Below, one piece after another: positions 62,511-64,000 of a stretch of DNA of 64,000 nt (its first letter is position 1; the number at the start of each line of letters is the position of its first letter). A program made the position numbers and the translations under genes. This stretch comes from the human T2T-CHM13v2.0 reference genome, Homo sapiens, in assembly GCF_009914755.1 (NCBI RefSeq), contig NC_060930.1. The stretch is one strand, 5' to 3'. The notes beneath the pieces were generated by a model, which searched no databases, was not told the origin of the DNA, and saw only the letters and a list, made by a program, of their open reading frames with translations.

Positions 62511-63368
62511 GCTTTCCATACCTATCCATGGCAAAAATTGCTAATCAGTGTTTTTCTTGCTGAACATAGATGTGGCCCGAAACTCATTCTCAACAAAGTG
62601 TTCCAGATAGGCCTTGTTATTTGGAATTCATACTTGAGTTGAAGCTATTTGTTAACCCTAGTCTAGATCTTTGTCTCTTGTATTCCAGTTCAGCCTTTTA
62701 ATATTTATTATGCCGTAATTTTCACTGTTATGCAAATAATTTAGATAAAATATCAGTTCTATAATTATAAATGTGTGCAAATTGCACTCATGCATTTTAG
62801 GAATAAGTACTTAAGATTTTTGATAACATATACACATTGTGAATATATAACTCATCTTGGCAGTTTTTTCAGAAAAATTTAATGAAAAGAAATAATTCGG
62901 GATTAATTGTCATAAAATCTGATTTGAAAGCTTGTTAAGAGCTGTGTTTACTGGATAACATTACAATTATACGCCACACATGGTTTTACTAAAACAAAAT
63001 GTCAAAGTGTTTCAAGAAGAAATCATTGTTTCTTGTTTTCACACTAGTAGCTAAAATAATTCCATAAAGAAGTCTCATGACATTAACATAAAACATCAAA
63101 CACAGTTACAAGGTCTGTCTAAGAAGACATACAGTCTATTCCCTTCACTAATAAGGATTATATACCATGTGTAATAATTTGAAGGCACTTAATAAATCAT
63201 TTTTTAAAATCCAAATCTATCAATTTTTTGTTTATATCCAATCTTGCAAAGGAGAAAAAGGATGTAGTCTATTAAAGGAAGGGATATCAACATACAATAG
63301 GAAAGAAAAACTATAGTGATTATAGCAAGGCAAGGCATCTTAATGGAGAGTGTTTTAAACCAAAACTG

Positions 63369-63791
63369 TGTTACATTCAGCTACATGTGGCCTGAGGATG
63401 CCTCTGTAGTTTCAGTCCTTTCAGAGGGAATTGCAACCTTAGTATGTAAACTAATCTAAAGCCTACTTTAGGAGGTTACTTTTGTAACAAATAGCTGAGT
63501 CTCAGCCAATCAAGCAGCCAAGCTTTAGTCAATCACGGGTTTCCTATTGATTGGATCATGTTCAAACAAGGCAAATGCCTAGCTGTCACCAATCAAGCGG
63601 TAACCAATCAGACTGTTTCTGTACCTCACCTCTATTCTCCATCCATAAAAGCCGCCTTCCCACATTGCTGAGTGGAGCTCTCTGAGCCTCTTCTAGTTCT
63701 AAGGACTGCCAATTCTTGAACTGTTCTTTGCTCAATTAAACACTGTTACATTTAATTCATCTGAAGTTTTCTTTTTGGTTTGTTTTTAACA
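63369..63791 (+). mobile_element. ERV1 solo LTR (MER57-like)
   Basis: tgttac...ttaaca ends, TSD actg/cctg, multiple CCAATCA boxes, tgttctttgctcaattaaac 3' motif. Confidence 0.85.
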
Positions 63792-64000
63792 CCTGAATTC
63801 ATGTTATCTAGTGATCTGTGTTAACCCAAAACTAAAATTATGACTCCAACTAAAGTCCCAAACCTACTGAAGCCCTGATAGTGGAATGAGAGGGGAATGC
63901 CTGTCACTTAAACCTCCTTTTATCTGGTACTTTTATAGCTGAAAAGAGTAGAATATTTTTTTAAAAAAACATATTTTTCTACCTAACAATTGTTTTATTC

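Overview
AT-rich primate (very probably human) non-coding DNA, intronic or intergenic. I find no credible host protein-coding exon, tRNA or rRNA; nearly all listed ORFs come from repeats. Main contents: (1) a near full-length old L1MA-type LINE-1 (about 26.7-37.7 kb, minus) with a nested young AluY, an MSTA MaLR provirus and an AluS; (2) an env-retaining HERV-H provirus (about 50.3-56.4 kb, minus) with a 5' LTR7, tRNA-His PBS, intact splice donor and an expanded leader VNTR, but no 3' LTR; (3) eight full-length Alus, solo LTRs (MER67-like, THE1D, MSTA, MLT1, MER57-like), two Tigger3 elements, and L2/MIR relics. The most interesting signals are a cluster of locally templated insertions and fold-back inversions (template-switch scars), GG-to-AG (APOBEC3G-like) changes in HERV-H env, a TATA-box swap in the LTR7, a candidate recursive splice site beside a GAAA-tetraloop hairpin, and a strong CTCF motif. 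Subfamily names and consensus comparisons are from memory and need Dfam/RepeatMasker confirmation.
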